NCBI GenBank assembly: GCA_034530795.1
Contig: JAVRCH010000059.1
Span: 847 to 64,846, forward strand
Direction of reading: 5' to 3'
DNA length: 64,000 bases
Source of the DNA: Nostoc sp. DedQUE12a
GTDB taxonomy: Bacteria; Cyanobacteriota; Cyanobacteriia; Cyanobacteriales; Nostocaceae
The notes under the pieces are model-generated. The model did not search any database. It was not told the DNA's origin and saw only the letters and a program-made list of their open reading frames with translations. This document shows positions 29,245 to 39,290 of this stretch, piece by piece. Numbering within the stretch: position 1 is the stretch's first letter; the number at the start of each line of letters is the position of its first letter. The translations under genes and the position numbers were made by a program.

Positions 29245-29571
29245 TTGAATATGCCCAAAACTTACACCGTAGAAATTCATCACCAAGGTAAAATTCATAC
29301 TTTGCAAGTCCCCGACAGTGAAACCATCTTATCAGTTGCCGAGGCAGCTGGTTTAGAATTGCCGGCTTCTTGCCATGCAGGTGTTTGTACAACTTGTGCC
29401 GGTCAAATCAGCGAGGGAAAGGTAAATCAAGCTGATGGTATGGGCGTTAGTCCGCATTTACAAGAACAAGGTTACGTATTGCTTTGCGTTGCCAAACCCC
29501 TTTCTGATTTGAAAATTGAGACTGAAAAAGAAGACACACTTTATCAGTTGCAATTTGGCAAAGACAAATAA
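29245..29571 (+). CDS. plant-type [2Fe-2S] ferredoxin
   Basis: SCHAGVCTTCAG (Cx4Cx2C) plus the downstream LLCVA cysteine. 108 aa. Confidence 0.9.
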   Translation: MNMPKTYTVEIHHQGKIHTLQVPDSETILSVAEAAGLELPASCHAGVCTTCAGQISEGKVNQADGMGVSPHLQEQGYVLLCVAKPLSDLKIETEKEDTLYQLQFGKDK

Positions 29572-29818
29572 TTACAGCAGAATTCAGAATTCAGAATTCA
29601 AGAGTAAAACAAGCTTTATGGTTGGCTTTGAAACTGAAGTTGTGTACACCATAAAGTTTAAATCTGTTGTGAGTGAACAGTTATCAGTATAGGTGTTGAT
29701 TTATTGATAGCTGAATGACTGTTCACCCGCATGATTACAAAAACTGGAAAATCATATAACTATTTCATAGCACCTGATAAGCTATTCTATAAACTAAAAA
29801 TCAACAGGATTTAGCGCG

Positions 29819-29998
29819 ATGACAACTCATTTTATTACCGCAGAAATTGATCTGCAAGAGACTCCCGCAGAATTACTCAAAACAATTGAAACAGAGTTAA
29901 AGAAACAAGGCGAACCCCTGCGTTGGGCGGTTACCTCTGTAGACGTTACCCAGCAAAAGGCTAAAGTTGAGGCTGTTGTCACCACGGTTAATAGTTAG
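29819..29998 (+). CDS. small conserved-looking hypothetical protein (59 aa)
   Basis: Own translation: MTTHFITAEIDLQETPAELLKTIETELKKQGEPLRWAVTSVDVTQQKAKVEAVVTTVNS*. It is one codon below the ORF-track cut-off. Confidence 0.5.
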   Translation: MTTHFITAEIDLQETPAELLKTIETELKKQGEPLRWAVTSVDVTQQKAKVEAVVTTVNS

Positions 29999-30065
29999 AG
30001 TCGGGCATAGAGGATGGGGCATGGGGTATGGGAAGCAGAAAAGAAAATTCTTAACCCCTAACTTT

Positions 30066-30094
30066 CAATGCCCAATGCCCAATGCCCAATGCCC
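30066..30094. repeat. heptamer tandem array (caatgcc x4)
   Basis: Read directly from the sequence. It abuts the start codon at 30100 and creates the spurious upstream ATG at 30082. Confidence 0.85.
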
Positions 30095-30099
30095 ATAAT

Positions 30100-31167
30100 A
30101 TGCATCCATACACTGCTATTTTAATAATACCAACCGGCGTTGGGGCTGCAATTGGCGGTTACGCTGGTGATGCTTTGCCTATTGCCAAACTTATAGCACA
30201 GGTTTGCGATCGCCTGATTACTCACCCCAATGTCCTCAATGGCGCGAATTTGTACTGGAACCTCCCCAATGCTTTCTACGTTGAAGGTTTCGGACTTGAT
30301 AAATTTGCCGCTGGTTCCTGGGGTTTACGTCCAGTGCGGAATAACAAAATAGGTTTGCTTTTAGACCAAGGTATTGAGCCAGAGTTAAGGCTTAGACACC
30401 TGCAAGCAGCCGACGCAGCTAGAGCGACCCTGGGATTGACTTTAACAGATTATGTGATTACTGATGCACCATTAAATGTAGAATTACGGACTACTTCATC
30501 GGGTGCAAGTTGGGGGACAATTGGTAACCCCGATAGCTTGTTAAGGGCAGCAGAAATACTGATTAAAAAAGCTGGGGCAGAAGCGATCGCAGTTGTAGCC
30601 CGTTTCCCCGATGATATAGATGAGGAAGCACTACAGAAATACCGCCAGGGTGAAGGAGTTGATTCTCTAGCGGGTGCTGAAGCTGTAATTAGCCACTTAG
30701 TTGTGCGAACCTTTCAAATTCCTTGTGCCCATTCACCAGCTATTGCCAGCGCACCTCCAGAACCAGATTTATCACCACGTTCCGCTGCTGAGGAATTGGG
30801 TTATACATTTTTACCATGCGTTCTCGTCGGTTTGAGTCGTGCCCCAAGATTTATTGTTGAGAGAAAAGCGATAGCATTAGAACAAGAGGATATTTGGGCT
30901 GATAGAGTAGATGCTGCGATTGTACCTGCAAATGCCTGTGGTAGTAGCGCTTTACTGAGTTTAAGCCAAACACCATGCCAAATAATTACAGTAGAAGAAA
31001 ATAAAACTGTCATAAAAGTTCCTTCCCAACCGTTAGGAATCAAATCCATACAGGTAAACTCATATTTAGAGGCAGTAGGCGTTTTAGTAGCCCATAAAGC
31101 AGGCATCGATCCCTATGTTCTCCGTCCCAAATTATCCTCTTTGCAACCAGTAGTCATTAGTGATTAG
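30100..31167 (+). CDS. conserved cyanobacterial protein (DUF3326-like)
   Basis: MHPYTAILIIPTGVGAAIGGYAGDALPIAKL...LITHPNVLNG. The family name is from recollection. The start is moved to 30100, outside the heptamer array. Confidence 0.7.
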   Translation: MHPYTAILIIPTGVGAAIGGYAGDALPIAKLIAQVCDRLITHPNVLNGANLYWNLPNAFYVEGFGLDKFAAGSWGLRPVRNNKIGLLLDQGIEPELRLRHLQAADAARATLGLTLTDYVITDAPLNVELRTTSSGASWGTIGNPDSLLRAAEILIKKAGAEAIAVVARFPDDIDEEALQKYRQGEGVDSLAGAEAVISHLVVRTFQIPCAHSPAIASAPPEPDLSPRSAAEELGYTFLPCVLVGLSRAPRFIVERKAIALEQEDIWADRVDAAIVPANACGSSALLSLSQTPCQIITVEENKTVIKVPSQPLGIKSIQVNSYLEAVGVLVAHKAGIDPYVLRPKLSSLQPVVISD

Positions 31168-31195
31168 TCATTAGTCATTAGTCATTAGTCATTTG
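31154..31195. repeat. heptamer tandem array (tcattag x6)
   Basis: Read directly. It contains the stop codon of the 30100-31167 gene. Confidence 0.85.
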
Positions 31196-31241
31196 TGAAT
31201 AACCAATGCCCCATGCCCAATGCCCCATTTTCTAAAAACCC

Positions 31242-31838
31242 GTGATTGAAAAACAAAAGCAAGAACCAGAAATTCCATATCTGACGCGCATCCAAGTACT
31301 TGTAGCGATGGGAGCGACTGCAATTATTTTGTTTATAGTCGCCAAACTATCGTTGTACTTTGGCAACTTTTCGCTATTTTCCTGGAATTTAAACGAAAAG
31401 GATTTGCTGTTGGGTGTAGGATTGGGATTTGCTATTACCGCATTAAGTGGCTTAACTTATCGCCTTTGGACTCCCTACCGTAAAAGTGCAGATTTTTATC
31501 TAGAAGTGATATTAAAGCCTTTAGCCTTACCAGACTTAATTTGGTTAGGGTTGCTACCAGGTTTGAGTGAAGAATTATTATTTCGGGGCGTGATGCTGCC
31601 AGCTTTAGGTTTAGACGATTTAGCTGTTATTGTATCTAGTCTTTGTTTTGGCGTCTTGCATCTGAGTGGTTCTCAACAATGGCCCTATGTAGTTTGGGCA
31701 ACGATTGTCGGGATGATATTAGGATATAGCGCCTTGCTCAGTGGCAACTTATTAGTGCCCATCACTGCTCATATTATGACAAATTGGATTTCTAGTTATG
31801 TGTGGAAAATGTGGCAATTGTCGAAAAGTAAAAAATAA
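31242..31838 (+). CDS. CPBP-family intramembrane glutamic endopeptidase (CAAX protease type)
   Basis: LSEELLFRGVMLP, FGVLHL and ITAHIMTN motifs, with multiple TM segments. Confidence 0.8.
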   Translation: MIEKQKQEPEIPYLTRIQVLVAMGATAIILFIVAKLSLYFGNFSLFSWNLNEKDLLLGVGLGFAITALSGLTYRLWTPYRKSADFYLEVILKPLALPDLIWLGLLPGLSEELLFRGVMLPALGLDDLAVIVSSLCFGVLHLSGSQQWPYVVWATIVGMILGYSALLSGNLLVPITAHIMTNWISSYVWKMWQLSKSKK

Positions 31839-32015
31839 GAGGTTGCTAAATTATAGTAATTATCTTGGATTTTTGAATTTATTTACTACCCATAGCAAGG
31901 AACATTTTTTCTATTTTCCCTAAACTTTGTAAAAGCTTTTTACATTGTTACTATGAAGGTTTAAACATCAAAGATAATTTGTTTTTCGGTTAGCTATTAA
32001 ACAATAAATTTGTAT

Positions 32016-32279
32016 ATGGAACCATCAAATATCCGTACAAAGCTTTTATCAGAAATCAATCTTATTCCTGAAGAAAAACTAATAGAATTATATCTTTTTA
32101 TTCATTATTTTCGAGTTGGGATAGAGGCCTCTAAAGCTACGCCGGAAAAAATTATGCAGTTTGCTGGTTGCTGGAACGATATGTCAGATGAAACATTTAC
32201 TGACTTCAATGAAGATATAATTATGCGTTGCCACCAAGCTTTTTTGGGGAGAAGAAGCGATGAAACCAGCTTTGGTTGA
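32016..32279 (+). CDS. putative antitoxin (DUF2281-like N-terminus)
   Basis: KLLSEINLIPEEKLIELYLFIHYF. It overlaps the remnant PIN gene by 20 nt. Confidence 0.5.
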   Translation: MEPSNIRTKLLSEINLIPEEKLIELYLFIHYFRVGIEASKATPEKIMQFAGCWNDMSDETFTDFNEDIIMRCHQAFLGRRSDETSFG

Positions 32280-32376
32280 TACCAACATTTTATCTTTATT
32301 TTTCCGCAATCAAACCCTGGTAATTGAAAAATTCGATCGGTCAAATACTGACTCGTGGAAAAAAGAGTTTTTGTAA
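32260..32376 (+). pseudogene. truncated VapC/PIN toxin remnant (38 codons)
   Basis: MKPALVDTNILSLFFRNQTLV is a canonical PIN N-terminus. It then diverges and stops, and the remaining acidic PIN residues are absent. Confidence 0.55.
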
Positions 32377-32397
32377 CCACAGTGGTATTTATTGTGA

Positions 32398-33042
32398 CTA
32401 AAAATTAGTATAGGCTGCCAAGGCGATCGCTATTGGTAAAATGCGATGTTCTTGAATTTGAATTCTGGCGTGCAGTGTTTCTGGCGTATCATCCGGCAGC
32501 ACTGGTACTGCGGCTTGCATCAATATGGGGCCGCTATCCATTTCTAAACAAGCGATATGTACAGTACAGCCAGTGATTTTTACCCCAGATGCTAAAGCTT
32601 GTTCTACAGCATTAATTCCCTTAAAACTAGGCAACAAACTCGGATGTATATTAATAATCCTGTTAGGAAAAGCATCAATAAATACTGATGTCAACAGTCG
32701 CATCCAGCCTGCCATAATTACCCATTCGACATCATAGCGCCGTAATGTCTGCACAATTTTTTCATCAAACTTTTCTCGGCTTTTGTAGTCGCGGTGATTC
32801 AACAACACAGCTTCTACTCCTCGATTTGCTGCTCTGAGTGCTGCTTTAGCCGTAGGATTATTATAAATCAAAACTTGAATTTTGGCATTTAGCTGTCCAT
32901 CTTCGATCGCTTGAGCAACTACATCAAAATTGCTGCCATTCCCAGAAGCCATAACTCCGAGCTTTAAAGGAGTGTCTTGTCGGCAGACGTTGTTAACGCT
33001 AGGAGAAACCAAGCTAGGGGTACAATCAGGGCTAAGGGTCAT
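32398..33042 (-). CDS. purN: phosphoribosylglycinamide formyltransferase
   Basis: LGVMASGNGSNF, WVIMAGWMRLL and INIHPSLLPSFKG are PurN signatures. Confidence 0.9.
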   Translation of the reverse strand: MTLSPDCTPSLVSPSVNNVCRQDTPLKLGVMASGNGSNFDVVAQAIEDGQLNAKIQVLIYNNPTAKAALRAANRGVEAVLLNHRDYKSREKFDEKIVQTLRRYDVEWVIMAGWMRLLTSVFIDAFPNRIINIHPSLLPSFKGINAVEQALASGVKITGCTVHIACLEMDSGPILMQAAVPVLPDDTPETLHARIQIQEHRILPIAIALAAYTNF

Positions 33043-33066
33043 AACAGCAAAAAAGGAAAATGATAA

Positions 33067-33948
33067 ATGCCAAAAACATATAGTAAGTCTTGGTTGGATA
33101 ATGATACAGCGGCTGCTTGGATTTTTCTCACACCAGCACTAATTTTATTAGGCGTTTTTATTATTTGGCCCATAGCCTATTTGTTTTACCTCAGTTTCAC
33201 CGCTGGCAGTTTCACGTCAAAGGGTATTTATTGGATAGGGTTAAAAAACTATTGGCGCTTGTTATTGAACTCTGACTTCTGGCAAGTTATTGGTAACACC
33301 ATTTATTTTACTGTTGCCACCATCATTCCTAGTTTAATTATCCCTTTGGGATTAGCAGTGCTATTAAATCGCTCCTTGGCTTTGCGGGGAATCTTGCGGA
33401 GTGCTTATTTTTTACCTTCAATTATTTCTCTTGTAGCTGCTGGCTTAGGATTTCGCTGGCTGTTTCAAACAACGGGGCCAGTAAACGGACTTTTAAATTT
33501 TTTTGGTATTCCAGCTATACCTTGGCTAGGAGATACATTTTGGGCAATGCCAGTACTGATTTTAATGAGTATTTGGAAACAAATCGGCTTCAATATGGTG
33601 GTATTTTTAGCTGGGTTGCAAGCAATTCCCCCCAGCCGTTATGAAGCAGCAGATTTAGATGGTGCAAATGCTTGGCAACAATTTTGGCATATTACATTAC
33701 CTGGATTGCGTCCCACCGTTATATTTGTCACAATCACCACCGCCATTTTTACATTGCGGAGTTTTGAACAAGTTTATGTAATAACTGGCGGCGGCCCCTT
33801 GAATTCAACTAATTTGCTGGTTTACTACATTTATCAAGAAGCCTTTGCTCAATTTGATTTTGGTTATGCCGCCGCCGCCGCAACGGTGTTGTTAGCAGTG
33901 ACTTTAGTACTAGTGTATTTACAATTACAAACTTGGGGAGAGGAGTAA
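33067..33948 (+). CDS. carbohydrate-type ABC transporter permease
   Basis: Six TM segments and the EAA loop YEAADLDGANAWQQFWHITLPGLRP. Confidence 0.8.
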   Translation: MPKTYSKSWLDNDTAAAWIFLTPALILLGVFIIWPIAYLFYLSFTAGSFTSKGIYWIGLKNYWRLLLNSDFWQVIGNTIYFTVATIIPSLIIPLGLAVLLNRSLALRGILRSAYFLPSIISLVAAGLGFRWLFQTTGPVNGLLNFFGIPAIPWLGDTFWAMPVLILMSIWKQIGFNMVVFLAGLQAIPPSRYEAADLDGANAWQQFWHITLPGLRPTVIFVTITTAIFTLRSFEQVYVITGGGPLNSTNLLVYYIYQEAFAQFDFGYAAAAATVLLAVTLVLVYLQLQTWGEE

Positions 33949-34193
33949 TACCAATTCAAAATTAAGAAGCTGAATTCTGAGTTCTGAATTCTAACGTATC
34001 AATATTTCCTGACTTATGTCAGCATATTTTGTTTTAAAAAAGACTTTTAGAGCGTATTTTCACGTTATTGACGATTTTTTCGGAATTTCTTCTTGATTAT
34101 TGATCGCTTTTATCGACCTTTGAGGTGTACTCTCAATATACAGTAACTCTCGCGATCGCCTTTTGAGATAAGTTCTACCCAGAGGTGAATACC

Positions 34194-34853
34194 ATGAAAA
34201 ATTATGCTGACAAGCAGGAATTGATCTTAAATCAAATCACAAATAAATCTTTTGGGCATCACAATTTCAGTGGATATGATTTGAGTGAAATTGACCTGAA
34301 AGGACTGGATTTAAGTGGATTTAACTTCATAGGTGCAGATTTGCGTGGTACTAATCTATCTGGTTCTATACTCACTCGTGCTAATTTAAGTGGCGCAAAT
34401 TTGATGGAAGCTAATTTATGCGAAGCGAATTTGTATGAAGCCTCTTTATGTGAAGCTAATTTAATTAATGCCGACTTAAGGCAAGCAAATTTGTGTGGGA
34501 GTTTTTTATGGCGAGTGAAATTAATAGGTAGTAACCTTTGGGGTACTTCTTTATGTGCTGCGGATTTAAGTGAAGCAGACCTAACCGAAGCCAAATTAAT
34601 TGAAGCATCCTTAATTGAAGCTAATTTAGTTAGAGCAAATCTCACAAAAACAAAGCTATGCGGAGCAATATTGCTAGAAGCTAATTTAACTGAAGCCAAT
34701 TTAACCAGTGCAGATTTGACATGGGCAAACTTAACTAAAACAAACTTGAGTAAAGCAAACCTTTACCAGACAAACCTGATTTATGCAAAATTCCGAGATA
34801 CGATCATGCCTGATGGCACAATTAAAGAACCTCAGATAGTTATTAATTATTAG
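34194..34853 (+). CDS. pentapeptide-repeat protein
   Basis: Continuous A(D/N)LxX repeats (ANLSGANLMEANLCEANLYEASLCEANL...). It is convergent with the fra-like operon region. Confidence 0.85.
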   Translation: MKNYADKQELILNQITNKSFGHHNFSGYDLSEIDLKGLDLSGFNFIGADLRGTNLSGSILTRANLSGANLMEANLCEANLYEASLCEANLINADLRQANLCGSFLWRVKLIGSNLWGTSLCAADLSEADLTEAKLIEASLIEANLVRANLTKTKLCGAILLEANLTEANLTSADLTWANLTKTNLSKANLYQTNLIYAKFRDTIMPDGTIKEPQIVINY

Positions 34854-34880
34854 TCATTAGTCATTAGTCATTAGTGATTC
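34847..34880. repeat. heptamer tandem array (tcattag type)
   Basis: Read directly. It overlaps the stop codon of the pentapeptide-repeat gene. Confidence 0.8.
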
Positions 34881-34915
34881 TTTCTCACAATACCAAATGC
34901 CGTAATGCCTATAAA

Positions 34916-35989
34916 TTAAAAATCAGTAACGACACCAGCACAAATGCGATCGCGCCCTTGGTGTTTAGCCGTATAAAGTGCTTTGTCAGCTGCTTCAATT
35001 AAATGTTCCGGTGATAATTTTGAATTTGGCACAATGCTGACAAAGCCTATGCTTACAGTGACATAACTACTTATACTAGATTTAGCATGAGGAATTGCTA
35101 AGTTGCGTACTGTTTCTAAAATTTTTTGAGCCATATAAATTGCTCCTTGATTTTCCGTGTTAGGAAGAATCACCACAAATTCTTCTCCACCGTAACGAGC
35201 AACTAAATCGGCTGGACGTTGAACAACACTTTTTAGCACACTTGCAATTTGTCGTAAACAATCATCACCCATTAAGTGACCGTAAGTGTCGTTATAGCGC
35301 TTAAAAAAATCGATATCTAACAAAATTAAAGATAAAGGTAAGCGATCGCGTTTTAGACGACGCCATTCAACATAGAAACACTCATCAAATCGGCGACGAT
35401 TAGCTATTTGAGTCAAAGGATCTAGATTAACTAGTCTTTTTAGTTCCTCGTTAGTAGCTTGCAGCTGCTCATACAGCATTAATCGATGAATCGGGTCTAC
35501 ATGATTCGGGCAATTAACATATAACTTAGGATCGACCGGAATCACTGCGTCCTTGATTTTCTGAAGTTCATTAATCAAAAATTGCTCGCGTTGATAGCGA
35601 TTGAGTGCCGTTTGAATAGCAACGTAAAGTTCTTGGTATTTTATAGGTTTGATGATATAACCAAAAGGTAACGTCAGCGTTGCCCGCTCTACCGTACTCT
35701 TGTCAGAATACCCAGTGAGGTAGATGACCGGAATTTGCAGATGATTCCATATTTGCTCTGCTGCTTCAATACCATCCATCTCACTTTGCAAGCAAATATC
35801 CATCAAAACCAAGTTGGGGCGTAGCTTGGCTGCTTTCTGAATTGCTTCTTCAGCTGAATCGGCGATATCGACTACTGCGTATCCCAATGATTCTAGGATT
35901 TCCTGCAAATTGATACCAAGAATATACTCATCTTCAACAACCAGGATTTCCACTAACTTGGTTTTGTCTATTTCCGATGAGTTGCTCAT
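34916..35989 (-). CDS. response-regulator receiver + GGDEF diguanylate cyclase
   Basis: ILVVEDE...LVLMDI (receiver acidic pocket). The C-terminal GGDEF domain has RYGGEEF and an upstream RxxD-like site. Confidence 0.85.
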   Translation of the reverse strand: MSNSSEIDKTKLVEILVVEDEYILGINLQEILESLGYAVVDIADSAEEAIQKAAKLRPNLVLMDICLQSEMDGIEAAEQIWNHLQIPVIYLTGYSDKSTVERATLTLPFGYIIKPIKYQELYVAIQTALNRYQREQFLINELQKIKDAVIPVDPKLYVNCPNHVDPIHRLMLYEQLQATNEELKRLVNLDPLTQIANRRRFDECFYVEWRRLKRDRLPLSLILLDIDFFKRYNDTYGHLMGDDCLRQIASVLKSVVQRPADLVARYGGEEFVVILPNTENQGAIYMAQKILETVRNLAIPHAKSSISSYVTVSIGFVSIVPNSKLSPEHLIEAADKALYTAKHQGRDRICAGVVTDF

Positions 35990-36242
35990 GCTGTTAATTT
36001 CCTGCTTTTTATGAAAATATAGTCAACACAGGCCAATCCATAATGTGCAGTATCAGTAATTTTAATTGCCAAACATAACAGTAACTATACTGGATAACCT
36101 GTTTATAAGCTAAAAAAATTATAGCGGTTCCCAATCAAATGACGTACAGAAATTTGTAGGAGCGCAAAGCTTTTCACCCCTACCTTGTACCTCACTAAAA
36201 CGATAAATGCTAAAAAATTCCAGTATAAACTTAAAACACGCC

Positions 36243-37019
36243 CTAAAACTCGCGTTGTGAGAAGATAAAAATAGCGATCGCCAACAACATACCACTGTAC
36301 AGTAGGCCATAGCCAGCATTGGTAATCAGTACCGTTGTATCAGGTAGTGCTTGTAAACCATAAACAGCCTCATTTTTCAAATCTAATCGAGATAAATCTG
36401 GCAAAATAAGAAACAAAGCTTGAGTTAAACGTTCTATCCCAAGGTTGCGACTAAGCCGGCCAAGTTGTACCAAATCTTGGGTAATATTTCCCATTAAATA
36501 CACAGCAAATGTTAAAATAGTCGCCACCAACGAAGCTGTAAAAACACCAAAAGCAATAGCCGCAGCGGTGATTAACGACAACTGCAAAAACAAGAAAATT
36601 GCCGCAATTAAAATACTCGTTGTTGGATGAGGAATATTACCAAATTGCAGAAATAACAGATAAATTGCTGTCATCGTAGCTATCAGCACAGCTAGCACTG
36701 CGGATAATCCTAAATACTTACCAACAATAATTTCACTACGGCTAACAGGTTTGGCAATTAATACTAAGACAGTACGTTTTTCAATTTCTTTATTAACTAG
36801 TCCCGTCCCAACAAATACCGTTACAATTAACCCGATCGCATTCATCGCTGCCATGCCAAAATCTAAAAATATTTTGTCTTCCGTAGCAGCTGCCAATTCA
36901 GGAAGGACGCTAAAAGCGGCGGCAAGTATTAAGGCATAAAAACCAATAATATATAGGATGCGATCGCGTATCACTTCCTGAAACACATTCTTAGCAAGTA
37001 CAAAAATTTTGGTTGTCAT
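36243..37019 (-). CDS. fraE: ABC-2-type permease, FraE-like
   Basis: A 258-aa polytopic permease, third in a 180 aa / 335 aa / 258 aa membrane-protein operon. This matches my recollection of fraC-fraD-fraE in Anabaena PCC 7120. Confidence 0.6.
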   Translation of the reverse strand: MTTKIFVLAKNVFQEVIRDRILYIIGFYALILAAAFSVLPELAAATEDKIFLDFGMAAMNAIGLIVTVFVGTGLVNKEIEKRTVLVLIAKPVSRSEIIVGKYLGLSAVLAVLIATMTAIYLLFLQFGNIPHPTTSILIAAIFLFLQLSLITAAAIAFGVFTASLVATILTFAVYLMGNITQDLVQLGRLSRNLGIERLTQALFLILPDLSRLDLKNEAVYGLQALPDTTVLITNAGYGLLYSGMLLAIAIFIFSQREF

Positions 37020-37064
37020 TAGTTATTAGTCATTAGTCATTAGTCATTAGTCATTAGTCATTAG
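37016..37064. repeat. heptamer tandem array (tcattag x7)
   Basis: Read directly. It begins inside the fraE-like start codon and fills much of the fraD-fraE spacer. Confidence 0.85.
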
Positions 37065-37129
37065 TTATTCCCCGCGTCCCCGCGTCTTTGTGTCTCCCCA
37101 CCTCCCCATCTCCCTCTGCTCCCCACTCT

Positions 37130-38137
37130 TCACTGCTGCGGAGGCGGCGAACCAGCAATCAATTTATTCAAGCGATCGCATTCAATTTCTCCAACTGTGA
37201 TTTTATCCCCCGCTCTAATAGTTGCCGCAACTGGTTCAATTCGGCAAGATTTCTTTAAGTAATACCCCCGTGGATTAGAACTCGGCCCTATCCAGATACT
37301 TAGTAAATCTAATATATACCCAGACTTAGTATTAGATACACGCGGTTCAACAAGCCATAATTCTTTCTCTTCATATTTTCCGAGGTTTTTTTGAATTACT
37401 TTTCTACCCAAGCTTCCTACTCGCTGTTTTGCATCTAACAACCATTTTTCCACTTCCGACCAAGGTGTTTCTGCTATTTGTTCTTCTACTATTGGTTGAA
37501 GTCTATCTAAAATTAAAATTCCATTCGGTGGCGCTTTAGCTGGTTCTTCATTTCTGACAACAAAAGTACTAGTTTTAAAAGTATCTGCCTGCAAACTGGG
37601 ATATTCTTCTAACCAATTATCCACTACAAAATAAAACTGTAACCAGCAGCTTAGCAACATACTGCTAGCTACTAAAATTATGATTTTTTGGCGGTCTTCT
37701 GGCTTAGGAATTTGAGCTTTAGCATCAGTATCACTTCCTTCAATAAATTCTGGTATTGCCGTAATTAGTGCTGAAATTGTCGGCCAAAAAACAATTGTTG
37801 TTGGTGTAACTACATCCCTTTGGTTTCCAAAAGCAAAAACACTAACTAAAAATCCAGTGATTACTGCTCCCACTGGCATAAAAGTCCCAGGAACTCTCAA
37901 AGGATCTTGTGTTGTATACCAAGCTGTACCAGAAATTAAAAACAGCCAACCAAAAAATGCAATTATATCTTTTATATAACCTATAGCAAAATATGAAATT
38001 ACCCAAGAAAAAACACTCAGATAAATAAATGTTTGCCAAGAATAAGCTCTGGGCGGAACTAATACTTTTCTAATCCCTGCGTAAAGCCCTTCAACAAATT
38101 TGAAAGCTCCAAATAAATCTTTAAGTAGCGTATTCAT
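37130..38137 (-). CDS. fraD: integral membrane protein, FraD-like
   Basis: 335 aa, with N-terminal TM segments and a soluble C-terminal part. The call rests on operon position. Confidence 0.55.
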   Translation of the reverse strand: MNTLLKDLFGAFKFVEGLYAGIRKVLVPPRAYSWQTFIYLSVFSWVISYFAIGYIKDIIAFFGWLFLISGTAWYTTQDPLRVPGTFMPVGAVITGFLVSVFAFGNQRDVVTPTTIVFWPTISALITAIPEFIEGSDTDAKAQIPKPEDRQKIIILVASSMLLSCWLQFYFVVDNWLEEYPSLQADTFKTSTFVVRNEEPAKAPPNGILILDRLQPIVEEQIAETPWSEVEKWLLDAKQRVGSLGRKVIQKNLGKYEEKELWLVEPRVSNTKSGYILDLLSIWIGPSSNPRGYYLKKSCRIEPVAATIRAGDKITVGEIECDRLNKLIAGSPPPQQ

Positions 38138-38195
38138 ATTTCTCCGTACACCTAATTAATCACTGGCCTTCCTATGAATAAAACAATTATTTCTC

Positions 38196-38738
38196 CTACT
38201 TTGAACGAAGCAGTAAAATAGCGGTTATGACGCTATAGCTCAGAGAATTTCCTATTAATACAGTAGTAACTACGTTCGTATTTTGCAATTTTAGACTGCT
38301 AAAACCGCGCCATCTCTGTCTCTGGAATACTTGAATTTCCTCTTCTTTTTTCGCAAATGGTTCCTTGACTAAAGAGAAAAGTAACGCCTTCAAAAGGAAA
38401 AATTTCACTATAAAAGTAGCAAAGAATATTATAAAAGCAGTTAAAATTAGTAGAGTCTGCGTACCAGCTGATTTAAAATTATTAAAAAACAGATAATTGA
38501 TTAATTCTGATTTAACCTGTATTGGCAACAATGGTTCTGAAGCAAAAAATACAGACCAACCAATAACACTAGAAAACAAATTAATAGAAATGGCATAATA
38601 AGTGCTAGTTTTTTTATCAAATTTTAGGCGTTTGTGTAAAACATATGCTTCGATAGGGATGGCAATCAGTACAAATAAAAAGTCAAATAGAATTCCTCCA
38701 ATGGGAAAAATCCTCGGAAGCATCCAATTTTCAGGCAT
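38196..38738 (-). CDS. fraC: filament integrity protein FraC-like
   Basis: A 180-aa membrane protein. LPRIFPIGGILFDFLFVLIAIPIEAYVLHKRLKFDKKTS resembles FraC sequences as I remember them. It is first in the operon. Confidence 0.65.
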   Translation of the reverse strand: MPENWMLPRIFPIGGILFDFLFVLIAIPIEAYVLHKRLKFDKKTSTYYAISINLFSSVIGWSVFFASEPLLPIQVKSELINYLFFNNFKSAGTQTLLILTAFIIFFATFIVKFFLLKALLFSLVKEPFAKKEEEIQVFQRQRWRGFSSLKLQNTNVVTTVLIGNSLSYSVITAILLLRSK

Positions 38739-38810
38739 AAAAAGTCAATGGTAAGGGTTAACTGTAGAGAGTATAACCGGGATAGCGATGGTGATGGGGG
38801 AAATTGTGGG

Positions 38811-38885
38811 GAAGATGGGGAGATGGGGAGATGGGGAGAATAATTCTTAACTCCTAACTCCAAACTCCTCACTCCTAACTCCTCA
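38811..38885. repeat. two adjacent heptamer arrays (gatgggga-type x3, then aactcct-type x5)
   Basis: Read directly, upstream of the fraC-like gene. Confidence 0.8.
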
Positions 38886-39290
38886 GTCAAAACACAGATA
38901 CTGAGCGATCGCTTTGCAATACTTAATGTTTGAAACACTAATAATTCGTTTATCATGCGATTGTGATTTCCAGCACATTTTTTTTTGTGTGTATTGTGTA
39001 AACTGTATCTGATGAGTCAAATTCCTATAGAAATTTATGGTAATTCGACCGCCAAGCAGTAGCATCCTTAGTTCTGCTGTGGTATCAACCAGACATACAG
39101 TTCCGTCATTTCATTCCTTGTAGAGCAGTTAGCAAGCTTCTGCAAGCAATTTTGGTTGTTACTAAAGCATTCCATCATTAGATTCAGTGTCTTTTCATAT
39201 CTGCTTTAGACAACCCTGACGCAGACATGAAAACTCATTGGGTATACACAAATCAGCGATACGACCGTAGAGCTAGCGCTAAAAAACATT

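Noticed and set aside
34259-34699. 146-aa antisense ORF inside the pentapeptide-repeat gene
   Set aside because: The antisense frame of a pentapeptide repeat stays open because of the sequence periodicity. The sense-strand product has the canonical repeat.
38666-39065. 96-aa and 60-aa ORFs upstream of the fraC-like gene
   Set aside because: They span heptamer arrays and overlap the fraC-like start. No motifs are present.
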